Part shown: piece after piece, positions 47,301 to 62,700 of the stretch
Layout: each line of letters starts with the position of its first letter
Numbering within the stretch: position 1 is the stretch's first letter
DNA from: the human T2T-CHM13v2.0 reference genome, Homo sapiens
Assembly: GCF_009914755.1 (NCBI RefSeq)
Contig: NC_060937.1
DNA: 64,000 nt
Direction: 5' to 3' (one strand)
The notes under the pieces: generated by a model
Told to the model about the DNA's origin: nothing
Databases searched by the model: none
Seen by the model: only the letters and a program-made list of their open reading frames with translations
Made by a program: the position numbers and the translations under genes

Positions 47301-47880
47301 ACATTATATACTGTACATAAAATATGAAATTACATAAAATATATATTATATTAGGTACATAAAATATGAAAGTACATCAAATATAGATTATATACAGTAC
47401 ATTAAATACCAAAGTACCCCAAATATATATTTTATGCTGTACATGAAATATCAAAGTTCACAAACTATATATTATCTACTGTAAATAAAATATCAAAGTA
47501 CCCAAGGTATATATTCTATACTGTACATAAAATATCAAAGTACCCAAGGTATATATTCTATACTGTACAAAAAATATCAAAGTACCCAAATCATGTATTA
47601 TATACTGTACATAAAATATGAAAGTACATCAAATATATATTTTATTCTGTACATAAAATATCAAAGTACACCAGATATATATTCTATAGTGTACATAAAA
47701 TAACAAAGTACACAAACTATAAATTATATACTGCACATAAAATATGAAATTACATCAAATATATATTAGGTACATAAAATATGAAAGTACATCAAATATA
47801 GATTATATACTGTACATAAAATATAAAAGTACCCGAAATATATATTATATACTGTACATGAAATATCAAAGTTCACAAAC
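44350..47880 (+). repeat. Nested local repeat: 793-bp (19-monomer) unit within a 1,749-bp duplication
   Basis: Equivalent ORF starts at 44409, 45202, 45995, 46158, 46951, 47744 (spacings 793, 793, 163, 793, 793). Shared markers TACGTAAAATACC, TCACAATACCC, AAAGGACCC, doubled m8, CCAAATCATG. Confidence 0.9.
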
Positions 47881-50800
47881 TATATATTATATACTGTACA
47901 TAAAATATCAAAGTACTCAAGGTATATATTCTATACTGTACAAAAAATATCAAAGTACCCAAAGCATGTATTATATACTCTACATAAAATATGAAAGTAC
48001 ATCAAATATATATTTTATTCTGTACATAAAATATCAAAGTACACCAGATAGATATTCTATAGTGTACATAAAATAACAAAGTACACAAACTATAAATTAT
48101 ATACTGTACATATAATATGAAATTACATAAAATATATATTAGGTACATAAAATATGAAAGTACATCAAATATAGATTATATACTGTACATAAAATATCAA
48201 TGTACCCCAAATATATATTTTATACTCTACATGAAATATCAAAGTTCACAAACCATATATTATATACTGTACATAAAATATCAAAGTACCCAAGGTATAT
48301 ATTCTATACTGTACAAAAAATATCAAAGTATCCAAAGCATGTATTATGTACTGTACATAAAATATGAAAGTCCATCAAATATATATTTTATTCTGTACAT
48401 AAAATATCAAAGTACACCAGATATATATTCTATAGTGTACATAAAATAACAAAGTACACAAACTATAAATTATATACTGTACATAAAATATGAAATTACA
48501 TAAAATATATATTAGGTACATAAAATATGAAAGTACATCAAATATAGATTATATACTGTACGTAAAATACCAAAGTACCACAAATATATATTTTATACTG
48601 TACATGAAATATCAAAGTTCACAAACCATATATTATATACTGTACATAAAATATCACAATACCCAAGGTATATATTCTATACTGTACAAAAAATATCAAA
48701 GTACCCAAAGCATGTATTATATACTGTACATAAAATATGAAAGTACATCAAATATATATTTTATTCTGTACATAAAATATCAAAGTACACCAGATATATA
48801 TTCTATAGTGTACATAAAATATCAAAGTACCCAAACGATACATTATATACTGTACATAAAATATGAAATTACATCAAATATATATTATATTAGGTACATA
48901 AAATATGAAAGTACATCAAATATATATTATATACTGTACATAAAATATCAAAGTACCCAAATATATATTACATACTCTACATGAAATATCAAAGTTCACA
49001 AACTATATATTATGTACTGTACATAAAATATCAAAGTACCGAAGGTATACATTACATACTGTACAAAAAATATCAATGTACCCAAAGCATGTATTATATA
49101 CTGTATATAAAATATGAAATTACATCAAATATATATTTTATTCTGTACATAAAATATCAAAGTATACCAGATATATATTCTATACTGTACAAAAAATATC
49201 AAAGTACCCAAAGCATGTATTATATACTGTACATAAAATATGAAAGTACATCAAATATATATTTTATTCTGTACATAAAATATCAAGGTACACCAGATAT
49301 ATATTCTATAGTGTACATAAAATATCAAAGTACCCAAACTATACATTATATACTGTACATAAAATATGAAATTACATCATATATATATTAGGTACATAAA
49401 ATATGAAAGTACATCAAATATAGATTATATACTGTATATAAAATATCAAAGTACTGCAAATATATGTTATATACTCTACATGAAATATCAAAGTTCACAA
49501 ACCATATATTATATACTGTACATAAAATATCAAAGTACCCAAGGTATATATTCTATACTGTACAATAAATATCAAAGTACCCAAAGCATGTATTATATAC
49601 TGTGCATAAAATATGAAAGTACATCAAATATATATTTTATTCTGTACATAAAATATCAAAGTACACCGAATATATATTCTATAATGTACATAAAATATCA
49701 AAGTACCCAAACTATACATTATATACTGTACATAAAATATGAAATTACATCAAATATATTTTATATTAGGTACATAAAATATGAAAGTACATCAAATATA
49801 GATTATATACTGTACATTAAATACCAAAGTACCCCAAATATATATTTTATACTGTACATGAAATATCAAAGTTCACAAACTATATATTATATACTGTACA
49901 TAAAATATCAAAGTACCCAAGGTATATATTCTATACTGTACAAAAAATAACAAAGTACCAAAAGCATGTATTATATACTGTACCTAAAATATGAAAATAC
50001 ATCAAATATATATTTTATTCTGTACATAAAATATCAAAGTACACCAAATATATATTCTATAGTGTACATAAAATATCAAAGTACCCAAACTATACATTAT
50101 ATACTGTAAATAAAATATGAAATTACATCAAATATATTTTATATTAGGTACATAAAATATGAAAGTACATCAAATATAGATTATATACTGTACATTAAAT
50201 ACCAAAGTACCCCAAATATATATTTTATACTGTACATGAAATATCAAAGTTCACAAACTATATATTATATACTGTACATAAATTATCAAAGTACCCAAGG
50301 TATATATTCTATACTGTACAAAAAATATCAAAGTACCCAAAGCATGTATTATATACTGTACATAAAATATGAAAGTACATCAAATATATATTTTATTCTG
50401 TACATAAAACATCAAAGTACACCAGATATATATTCTATAGTGTACATAAAATATCAAAGTACCCAAACTATACATTATATAGTGAACATAAAATATGAAA
50501 TTATATCAAATATATATTATATTAGGTACATAATATATGAAAGTACATCAAATATAGATTATATACTGTACATAAAATATCAAAGTACCCCAAATATAAA
50601 TTATATACTCTACATGAAATATCAAAGTTCACAAACTATATATTATATACTGTACAAAAATATCAAACTACCCAAGGTATATATTCTATACTGTACAAAA
50701 AATATCAAAGTACACAAAGCATGTATTATATACTGTACATAAAATATGAAATTACATCAAATATATATTTTATTCTGTACGTAAAACATCAAAGTACACC

Positions 50801-52999
50801 AGATATATATTCTATAGTGTACATAAAATATAAAAGTACCCAAACTATACATTATATACTGTACATAAAATATGAAATTATATCAAATATATATTATATT
50901 AGGTACATAATATATGAAAGTACATCAAATATAGATTATATACTGTACATAAAATATCAAAGTACCCCAAATATATATTATATACTCTACATGAAATATC
51001 AAAGTTCACAAACTATATATTATATACTGTACATAAAATATCAAAGTACCCAAGGTATATATTCTATACTGTACAAAAAATATCAAAATACCCAAAGCAT
51101 GTATTATATACTGTACATAAAATATGAAAGTACATCAAATATATATTTTATCCTCTACATAAAATATCAAAGTACACCAGATATATATTCTATAGTGTAC
51201 ATAAAATATCAAAGTACCCAAACTATACATTATATACTGTACATAAAATATGAAATTACATCAAATATATTTTATATTAGGTACATAACATATGAAAGTA
51301 CATCAAATATAGATTATATACTGTACATTAAATACCAAAGTACCCCAAATATATATTTTATACTCTACATGAAATATCAGAGTTCACAAACTATATATTA
51401 TATACTGTACATATAATATCAAAGTACCCAAGGTATATATTCTATACTGTACAAAAAATAACAAAGTACCAAAAGCATGTATTATATACTGTACCTAAAA
51501 TATGAAAATACATCAAATATATATTTTATTCTGTACATAAAATATCAAAGTACACCAGATATATATTCTATAGTGTACATAAAATATCAAAGTACCCAAA
51601 CTATACATTACATACTGTACATAAAATATGAAATTACATCAAATATATATTATATTAGGTACATAAAATATGAAAGTACATGAAATATAGATTATATACT
51701 GTACATAAAATATCAAGGTACCCCAAATATATATTATATACTCTACATGAAATATCAAAGTTCACAAACTATATATTATATACTGTACATATAATATCAA
51801 CGTACCCAAGGTATATATTCTATACTGTACAAAAAATAACAAAGTACCAAAAGCATGTATTATATACTGTACCTAAAATATGAAAGTACATCAAATATAT
51901 ATTTTATTCTGTACATAAAATATCAAAGTACACCAGATATATATTCTATAGTGTACATAAAATATCAAAGTACCCAAACTATACATTATATACTGTAAAT
52001 AAAATATGAAATTACATCAAATATATTTTATATTAGGTACATAAAATATGAAAGTACATCAAATATAGATTATATACCGTACATTAAATACCAAAGTACC
52101 CCAAATATATATTTTATACTGTACATGAAATATCAAAATACACAAACTATATATTATATACTGTACATAAAATATCAAAGTACCCAAGGTATATATTCTA
52201 TACTGTACAAAAAATATCAAAGTACCAAAAGCATGTATAATATACTGTACATAAAATATGAAAGTACATCAAATATATGTTTTATTCTGTACATAAAATA
52301 TGAAAGTACACCAGATATATATTCTATAGTGTACATAAAATATCAAAGTACCCAAACTATACATTATATACTGTACATAAAATATGAAATTACATCAAAT
52401 ATATTTTATATTAGGTACATAAAATATGAAAGTACATCAAATATAGATTATATACTGTACATTAAATACCAAAGTACCCCAAATATATATTTTATACTGT
52501 ACATGAAATATCAAAATACACTAACTATATATTATATACTGTACATAAAATATCAAAGTACCCAAGGTATATATTCTATACTGTACAAAAAATAACAAAG
52601 TACCAAAAGCATGTATAATATACTGTATATAAAATATGAAAGTACATGAAATATATATTTTATTCTGTACATAAAATATCAAAGTACACCAGATATATAT
52701 TCTATAGTGTACATAAAATATCAAAGTACCCAAACTATACATTATATACTGTAAATAAAATATGAAATTACATCAAATATATTTTATATTAGGTACATAA
52801 AATATGAAAGTACATCAAATATAGATTATATACTGTACAATAAATACCAAATTACCCCAAATATATATTTTATACTGTACATGAAATATCAAATTTCACA
52901 AACTATATATTATATACTGTACATATAATATCAAAGTACCCAAGGTATATATTCTATACTGTACAAAAAATAACAAAGTACCAAAAGCATGTATTATAT

Positions 53000-53510
53000 A
53001 CTGTACCTAAAATATGAAATTACATCAAATATATATTTTATTCTGTACATAAAATATCAAAGTACACCAGATATATATTCTATAGTGTACATAAAATATC
53101 AAAGTACCCAAACTATACATTATATACTGTAAATAAAATATGAAATTACATCAAATATATTTTATATTAGGTACATAAAATATGAAAGTACATCAAATAT
53201 ATATTTTATTCTGTACATAAAATATCAAAGTACACCAGATATATATTCTATAGTGTACATAAAATATCAAAGTACCCAAACTATACATTATATACTGTAA
53301 ATAAAATATCAAATTACATCAAATATATTTTATATTAGGTACATAAAATATGAAAGTACATCAAATATATATTTTATTCTGTACATAAAATATCAAAGTA
53401 CACCAGATATATATTCTATAGTGTACATAAAATATCAAAGTACCCAAACTATACATTATATACTGTACATAAAATATGAAATTACATCAAATATATATTA
53501 TATTAGGTAC
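53000..53510 (+). repeat. 168-bp (m1-m4) 4-mer reiterated three times
   Basis: TAGGTACATAAAATATGAAAGTACAT at ~53168, ~53336, ~53504; the first two are followed by the m1 tail (ATATTTTATTC) rather than the m5 tail (AGATTATA). Confidence 0.85.
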
Positions 53511-54094
53511 ATAAAATATGAAAGTACATGAAATATAGATTATATACTGTACATAAAATATCAAGGTACCCCAAATATATATTATATACTCTACATGAAA
53601 TATCAAAGTTCACAAACTATATATTATATACTGTACATAAAATATCAAAGTACCCAAGGTATATATTCTATACTGTACAAAAAATAACAAAGTACCAAAA
53701 GCATGTATAATATACTGTACCTAAAATATGAAAGTACATCAAATATATATTTTATTCTGTACATAAAATATCAAAGTACACCAGATATATATTCTATAGT
53801 GTACATAAAATATCAAAGTACCCAAACTATACATTATATACTGTACATAAAATATGAAATTACATCAAATATATTTTATATTAGGTACATAAAATATGAA
53901 AGTACATCAAATATAGATTATATACTGTACATTAAATACCAAAGTACCCCAAATATATATTTTATACTGTACATGAAATATCAAAGTTCACAAACTATAT
54001 ATTATATACTGTACATAAAATATCAAAGTACCCAAGGTATATATTCTATACTGTACAAAAAATAACAAAGTACCAAAAGCATGTATTATATACT

Positions 54095-54770
54095 GTACCT
54101 AAAATATGAGGAGTACATCAAATACATATTTTATTCTGTACATAAAATAACAAAGTACACCAGATATATATTCTATAGTGTACATAAAATATCAAAGTAC
54201 CCAAACTATACATTATATACTGTAAATAAAATATGAAATTACATCAAATATATTTTATATTAGGTACATAAAATATGAAAGTACATCAAATATATATTTT
54301 ATTCTGTACATAAAATATCAAAGTACACCAGATATATATTCTATAGTGTACATAAAATATCAAAGTACCCAAACTATACATTATATACTGTAAATAAAAT
54401 ATGAAATTACATCAAATATATTTTATATTAGGTACATAAAATATGAAAGTACATCAAATATATATTTTATTCTGTACATAAAATATCAAAGTACACCAGA
54501 TATATATTCTATAGTGTACATAAAATATCAAAGTACCCAAACTATACATTATATACTGTAAATAAAATATGAAATTACATCAAATATATTTTATATTAGG
54601 TACATAATATATGAAAGTACATCAAATATATATTTTATTCTGTACATAAAATATCAAAGTACACCAGATATATATTCTATAGTGTACATAAAATATCAAA
54701 GTACCCAAACTATACATTATATACTGTACATAAAATATGAAATTACATCAAATATATTTTATATTAGGTA
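54095..54770 (+). repeat. 168-bp (m1-m4) 4-mer reiterated four times
   Basis: TAGG marker of m4 at 54261, 54429, 54597, 54765 (exact 168-bp spacing). Confidence 0.88.
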
Positions 54771-56713
54771 CATAAAATATGAAAGTACATCAAATATAGA
54801 TTATATACTGTAAATTAAATACCAAAGTACCCCAAATATATATTTTATACTGTACATGAAATATCAAAGTTCACAAACTATATATTATATACTGTACATA
54901 TAATATCAAAGTACCCAAGGTATATATTCTATACTGTACAAAAAATAACAAAGTACCAAAAGCATGTATTATATACTGTACCTAAAATATGAAAGTACAT
55001 CAAATATATATTTTATTCTGTACATAAAATATCAAAGTACACCAGATATATATTCTATAGTGTACATAAAATATCAAAGTACCCAAACTATACATTATAT
55101 ACTGTACATAAAATATGAAATTACATCAAATATATTTTATATTAGGTACATAAAATATGAAAGTACATCAAATATAGATTATATACTGTAAATTAAATAC
55201 CAAAGTACCCCAAATATATATTTTATACTGTACATGAAATATCAAAGTTCACAAACTATATATTATATACTGTACATATAATATCAAAGTACCCAAGGTA
55301 TATATTCTATACTGTACAAAAAATAAAAAAGTACCAAAAGCATGTATTATATACTGTACCTAAAATATGAAAGTACATCAAATATATATTTTATTCTGTA
55401 CATAAAATATCAAAGTACACCAGATATATATTCTATAGTGTACATAAAATATCAAAGTACCCAAACTATACATTATATACTGTACATAAAATATGAAATT
55501 ACATCAAATATATTTTATATTAGGTACATAAAATATGAAAGCACATCAAATATAGATTATATACTGTACATTAAATACCAAAGTACCACAAATATATATT
55601 TTATACTGTACATGAAATATCAAAGTTCACAAACTATATATTACATACTGTACATATAATATCAAAGTACCCAAGGTATATATTCTATACTGTACAAAAA
55701 ATAAAAAAGTACCAAAAGCATGTATTATATACTGTACCTAAAATATGAAAGTACATCAAATATATATTTTATTCTGTACATAAAATATCAAAGTACACCA
55801 GATATATATTCTATAGTGTACATAAAATATCAAAGTACCCAAACTATACATTATATACTGTACATAAAATATGAAATTACATCAAATATATTTTATATTA
55901 GGTACATAAAATATGAAAGTACATCAAATATAGATTATATACTGTACATTAAATACCAAAGTACCCCAAATATATATTTTATACTGTACATGAAATATCA
56001 AAGTTCACAAACTATATATTATATACTGTACATATAATATCAAAGTACCCAAGGTATATATTCTATACTGTACAAAAAATAACAAAGTACCAAAAGCATG
56101 TATAATATACTGTACATAAAATATAAAAGTACATCAAATATATATTTTATTCTGTACATAAAATATCAAAGTACACCAGATATATATTCTATAGTGTACA
56201 TAAAATATCAAAGTACCCAAACTATACATTATATACTGTAAATAAAATATGAAATTACATCAAATATATTTTATATTAGGTACATAAAATATGAAAGTAC
56301 ATCAAATATATATTTTATTCTGTACATAAAATATCAAAGTACACCAGATATATATTCTATAGTGTACATAAAATATCAAAGTACCCAAACTATACATTAT
56401 ATACTGTACATAAAATATGAAATTACATCAAATATATATTATATTAGGTACATAAAATATGAAAGTACATCAAATATAGATTATATACTGTACATAAAAT
56501 ATCAAGGTACCCCAAATATATATTATATACTCTACATGAAATATCAAAGTTCACAAACTATATATTATATACTGTACATAAAATATCAAAGTACCCAAGG
56601 TATATATTCTATACTGTACAAAAAATATCAAAGTACCCAAAGCATGTGTTATATACTGTACATAAAATATGAAAGTACATCAAATATATATTTTATTCTG
56701 TACATAAAATATC

Positions 56714-59700
56714 AAAGTACACCAGATATATATTCTATAGTGTACATAAAATATCAAAGTACCCAAACTATACATTATATACTGTTTTAAAATATGAAAT
56801 TACATCAAATATATATTAGGTACATAAAATATGAAAGTACATCAAATATAGATTATATACTGTACATTAAATACCAAAGTACCCCAAATATATATTTTAT
56901 ACTGTACATGAAATATCAAAGTTCACAAACTATATATTATATACTGTACATAAAATATCAAAGTACCCAAGGTATATATTCTATACTGTACAAAAAATAA
57001 CAAAGTACCAAAAGCATGTATTATAAACTGTACATAAAATATGAAAGTACATCAAATATATATTTTATTCTGTACATAAAATATCAAAGTACACCAGATA
57101 TATATTCTATAGTGTACATAAAATATCAAAGTACCCAAACTATACATTATATACTGTACATAAAATATGAAATTACATCAAATATATATTATATTAGGTA
57201 CATAAAATATGAAAGTACATCAAATATAGATTATATACTGTACATAAAATATCAAAGTACTCCAAATATATATTATATACTCTACATGAAATATCAAAGT
57301 TCACAAACTATATATTATATACTGTACATAAAATATCAAAATACCCAAGGTATATATTCTATACTGCACAAAAAATATCAAAGTACCCAAAGCATGTATT
57401 GTATACTGTGTATAAAATATGAAAGTACATCAAATATATATTTTATTCTGTACATAAAATATCAAAGTACACCAGATATATATTCTATAGTGTACATAAA
57501 ATAACAAAGTACACAAACTATAAATTATATACTGTACATAAAATATGAAATTACATCAAATATATATTAGGTACATAAAATATGAAAGTACATCAAATAT
57601 AGATTATATACTGTACATAAAATATCAATGTACCCCAAATATATATTTTATGCTCCACATGAAATATCAAAGTTCAGAGACCATATATTGTATACTGTAC
57701 ATAAAATATCAAAACACCCAAGGTATACATTCTATACTGTACAAAAAATATCAAAGTACCCAAAGCATGTATTATATACTGTACATAAAATATGAAAGTA
57801 CATCAAATATATATTTTATTCTGTACATAAAATATCAAAGTACACCAGATATATATTCTATAGTGTACATAAAATATCAAAGTACCCAAACTATACATTA
57901 TATACTGTACATAAAATATGAAATTACATCAAATATATATTATATTAGGTACATAAAATATGAAAGTACATCAAATATAGATTATATACTGTACATTAAA
58001 TACCAAAGTACCCCAAATATATATTTTATACTGTACATGAAATTTCAAAGTTCACAAACTATATATTATATACTGTACATAAAATATCAAAGTACCCAAT
58101 GTATATATTCTATACTGTACAAAAAATATCAAAGTACCCAAAGCATGTATTATATACTGTACATAAAATATGAAAGTACATCAAATATATATTTTATTCT
58201 GTACATAAAATATCAAAGTACACCAGATATATATTCTATAGTGTACATAATATATAAAAGTACCCAAACTATACATTATATACTGTACATAAAATATGAA
58301 ATTACATCAAATATATATTATATTAGGTACATAAAATATGAAAGTACATCAAATATAGATTATATACTGTACATTAAATACCAAAGTACCCCAAATATAT
58401 ATTTTATACTGTACATGAAATATCAAAGTTCATAAAATATATATTATATACTGTACATAAAATATCAAAGTACCCAAGGTATATATTCTATACTGTACAA
58501 AAAATATCAAAGTACCCAAAGCATGTATTATAAACTATACATAAAATATGAAAGTACATCAAATATATATTTTATTCTGTACCTAAAATATCAAAGTACA
58601 CCAGATATATATTCTATAGTGTACATAAAATATCAAAGTACCCAAACTATACATTATATACTGTACATAAAATATGAAATTACATCAAATATATATTATA
58701 TTAGGTACATAAAATATGAAAGTACATCAAATATAGATTATATACTGTACATAAAATATCAAAGTACTCCAAATATATATTATATACTCTACATGAAATA
58801 TCAAAGTTCACAAACTATATATTATATACTGTACATAAAATATCAAAGTACCCAAGGTATATATTCTATACTGTAGAAAAAATATCAAAGTACCCAAAGC
58901 ATGTATTATATACTGTACATAAAATATGAAAGTACATCAAATATATATTTTATTCTGTACATAAAATATCAAAGTACACCAGATATATATTCTATAGTGT
59001 ACATAAAATATCAAAGTACCCAAACTATACATTATATACTGTACATAAAATATGAAATTACATCAAATATATTTTATATTAGGTACATAAAATATGAAAG
59101 TACATCAAATATAGATTATATACTGTACATTAAATACCAAAGTACCCCAAATATATATTTTATACTGTACATGAAATATCAAAGTTCACAAACTATATAT
59201 TATATACTGTACATATAATACCAAAGTACCCGAGGTATATATTCTATACTGTACAAAGAATAACAAAGTACCAAAAACATGTATTATATACTGTACCTAA
59301 AATATGAAAGTACATCAAATATATATTTTATTCTGTACATAAAATATCAAAGTACACCAGATATATATTCTATAGTGTACATAAAATATCAAAGTACCCA
59401 AACTATACATTATATACTGTACATAAAATATGAAATTACATCAAATATATATTATATTAGGTACATAAAATATGAAAGTACATCAAATATAGATTATGTA
59501 CTGTACATTAAATACCAAAGTACCCCAAATATATATTTTATACTGTACATGAAATTTCAAAGTTCACAAACTATATATTATATACTGTACATAAAATATC
59601 AAAGTACCCAAGGTATATTTTCTATACTGTACAAAAAATATCAAAGTACCCAAAGCATGTATTATATTCTGTACATAAAATATGAAAGTACGTCAAATAT

Positions 59701-62700
59701 ATATTTTATTCTGTACATAAAATATCAAAGTACACCAGATATATATTCTATAGTGTACATAAAATAACAAAGTACACAAACTATAAATTATATACTGTAC
59801 ATAAAATATGAAATTACATCAAATATATATTAGGTACATAAAATATGAAAGTACATCAAATATAGATTATATACTGTACATATAATATCAATGTACCCCA
59901 AATATATATTTTGTACTCTACATGAAATATCAAAGTTCACAAACCATATATTATATACTGTACATAAAATATCAAAGTACCCAAGGTATATATTCTGTAC
60001 TGTACAAAAAATATCAAAGTACCCAAAGCATGTATTATATACTGTATATAAAATATGAAAGTACATCAAATATATATTTTATTCTGTACATAAAATATCA
60101 AAGTACACCAGATATATATTCTATAGTGTACATAAAATATCAAAGTACCCAAACTATACATTATATACTGTACATAAAATATGAAATTACATCAAATATA
60201 TATTATATTAGGTACATAAAAAATGAAAGTACATCAAATATATATTATATACTGTACATAAAATATCAAAATACCCAAATATATATTACATACTCTACAT
60301 GAAATATCAAAGTTCACAAACTATATATTATATACTGTACATAAAATATCAAAGTACCGAAGGTATATATTCTATACTGTACAAAAAATATCAATGTACC
60401 CAAAGCATGTATTATATACTGTATATAAAATATGAAAGTACATCAAATATATATTTTATTCTGTACATAAAATATCAAAGTATACCAGATATATATTCTA
60501 TAGTGTACAGAAAATATCAAAGTACCCAAACTATACATTATATACTGTACATAAAATATGAAATTACATCAAATATATATTAGGTACATAAAATATGAAA
60601 GTACATCAAATATAGATTATATACTGTACATAAAATATCAAAGTACCCCAAATATATATTATATACTGTACATGAAATATCAAAATTCACAAACTATATA
60701 TTATATACTGTACATAAAATATCAAAGTACCCAAGGTATATATTCTATACTGTACAAAAAATATCAAAGTACCCAAAGCATGTATTATATACTGTACATA
60801 AAATATGAAAATACATCAAATATATATTTTATTCTGTACATAATATATGAAAGTACACCAGATATATATTCTATAGTGTACATAAAATATCAAAGTACCC
60901 AAACTATTTATTATATACTGTACATAAAATATGAAATTACATCAAATATATATTATATTAGGTACATAAAATATGAAAGTACATCAAATATAGATTATAT
61001 ACTGTACATTAAATACCAAAGTACCCCAAATATATATTTTATACTGTACATGAAATATCAAAGTTCACAAACTATATATTATATACTGTACATAAAATAT
61101 CAAAGTACCCAAGGTATATATTCTATACTGTACAAAAAATATCAAAGTACCCACAGCACGTATTATATACTGTACATAAAATATGAAAGTACATCAAATA
61201 TATATATTATTCTGTACATAAAATATCAAAGTACACCAGATATATATTCTATAGTGTACATAAAATAACAAAGTACACAAACTATAAATTATATACTGTA
61301 CATAAAATATGAAATTACATCAAATATATATTAGGTACATAAAATATGAAAGTACATCAAATATAGATTATATACTGTACATAAAATATCAATGTACCCC
61401 AAATATATATTTTATACTCCACATGAAATATCAAAGTTCACAAACCATATATTATATACTGTACATAAAATATCAAAGTACCGAAGGTATACATTCTATA
61501 CTGTACAAAAAATATCAAAGTACCCAAAGCATGTATTATATACTGTACATAAAATATGAAAGTACATCAAATATATATTTTATTCTGTACATAAAATATC
61601 AAAGTACACCAGATATATATTCTATAGTGTACATAAAATATCAAAGTACCCAAACTATACATTATATACTGTACATAAAATATGAAATTACATCAAATAT
61701 ATATTATATTAGGTACATAAAATATGAAAGTACATCAAATATATATTATATACTGCACATAAAATATCAAAGTACCCAAATATATATTACATACTCTACA
61801 TGAAATATCAAAGTTCACAAACTATATATTATATACTGTACATAAAATGTCAAAGTACCGAAGGTATATATTCTATACTGTACAAAAAATATCAATGTAC
61901 CCAAAGCATGTATTATATACTGTATATAAAATATGAAATTACATCAAATATATATTTTATTCTGTACATAAAATATCAAAGTATACCAGATATATATTCT
62001 ATAGTGTACATAAAATATCAAAGTACCCAAACTATACATTATATACTGTACATAAAATATGAAATTGCATCAAATATATATTAGGTACATAAAATATGAA
62101 AGTACATCAAATATAGATTATATACTGTACATAAAATATCAAAGTACCCCAAATATACATTATATAGTCTACATGAAATATCAAAATACACAAACTATAT
62201 ATTCTATAGTGTACATAAAATATCAAACTACCCAAGGTATGTATTCTATACTGTACAAAAAATATCAAAGTTCCCAAAGTAAGTATTATATACCGTACAT
62301 AAAATATGAAAGTACATCAAATATATATTTTATTCTCTACATAAAATATGAAAGTACACAAGATATATATTTTATATATAATATAAATACATAAGTACAT
62401 AAAATATCAAAGTACACAAACTATATATTATGTACTGTACATAAAATATGAAATTTCATCAAATATATATTAGGTACATAAAATATGAAAGTACATCAAA
62501 TATAGATTGTATACTGTACATAAAATATCAAAGTACACCAAATATATATTATATACTGAACATGAAATATCAAAGTTCACAAACTATATATTATATACTG
62601 TACATAAAATATCAAAGTACACAAGGTATATATTCTATACTGTTCAAAAAATATCAAAGTACCCAAAGCATGTATTATATATTGTACATAAAATATGAAA

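Larger units (their letters stand above)
34386..56713 (+). repeat. 22.3-kb more heterogeneous HSat1A block outside the 10,867-bp period
   Basis: Same 9-mer but many private variants and no long-range +10,867 match. Contains diverged paralogues of unit segments (5459~34692, 8258~38368, 8631~38741) and its own local duplications. Confidence 0.85.
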
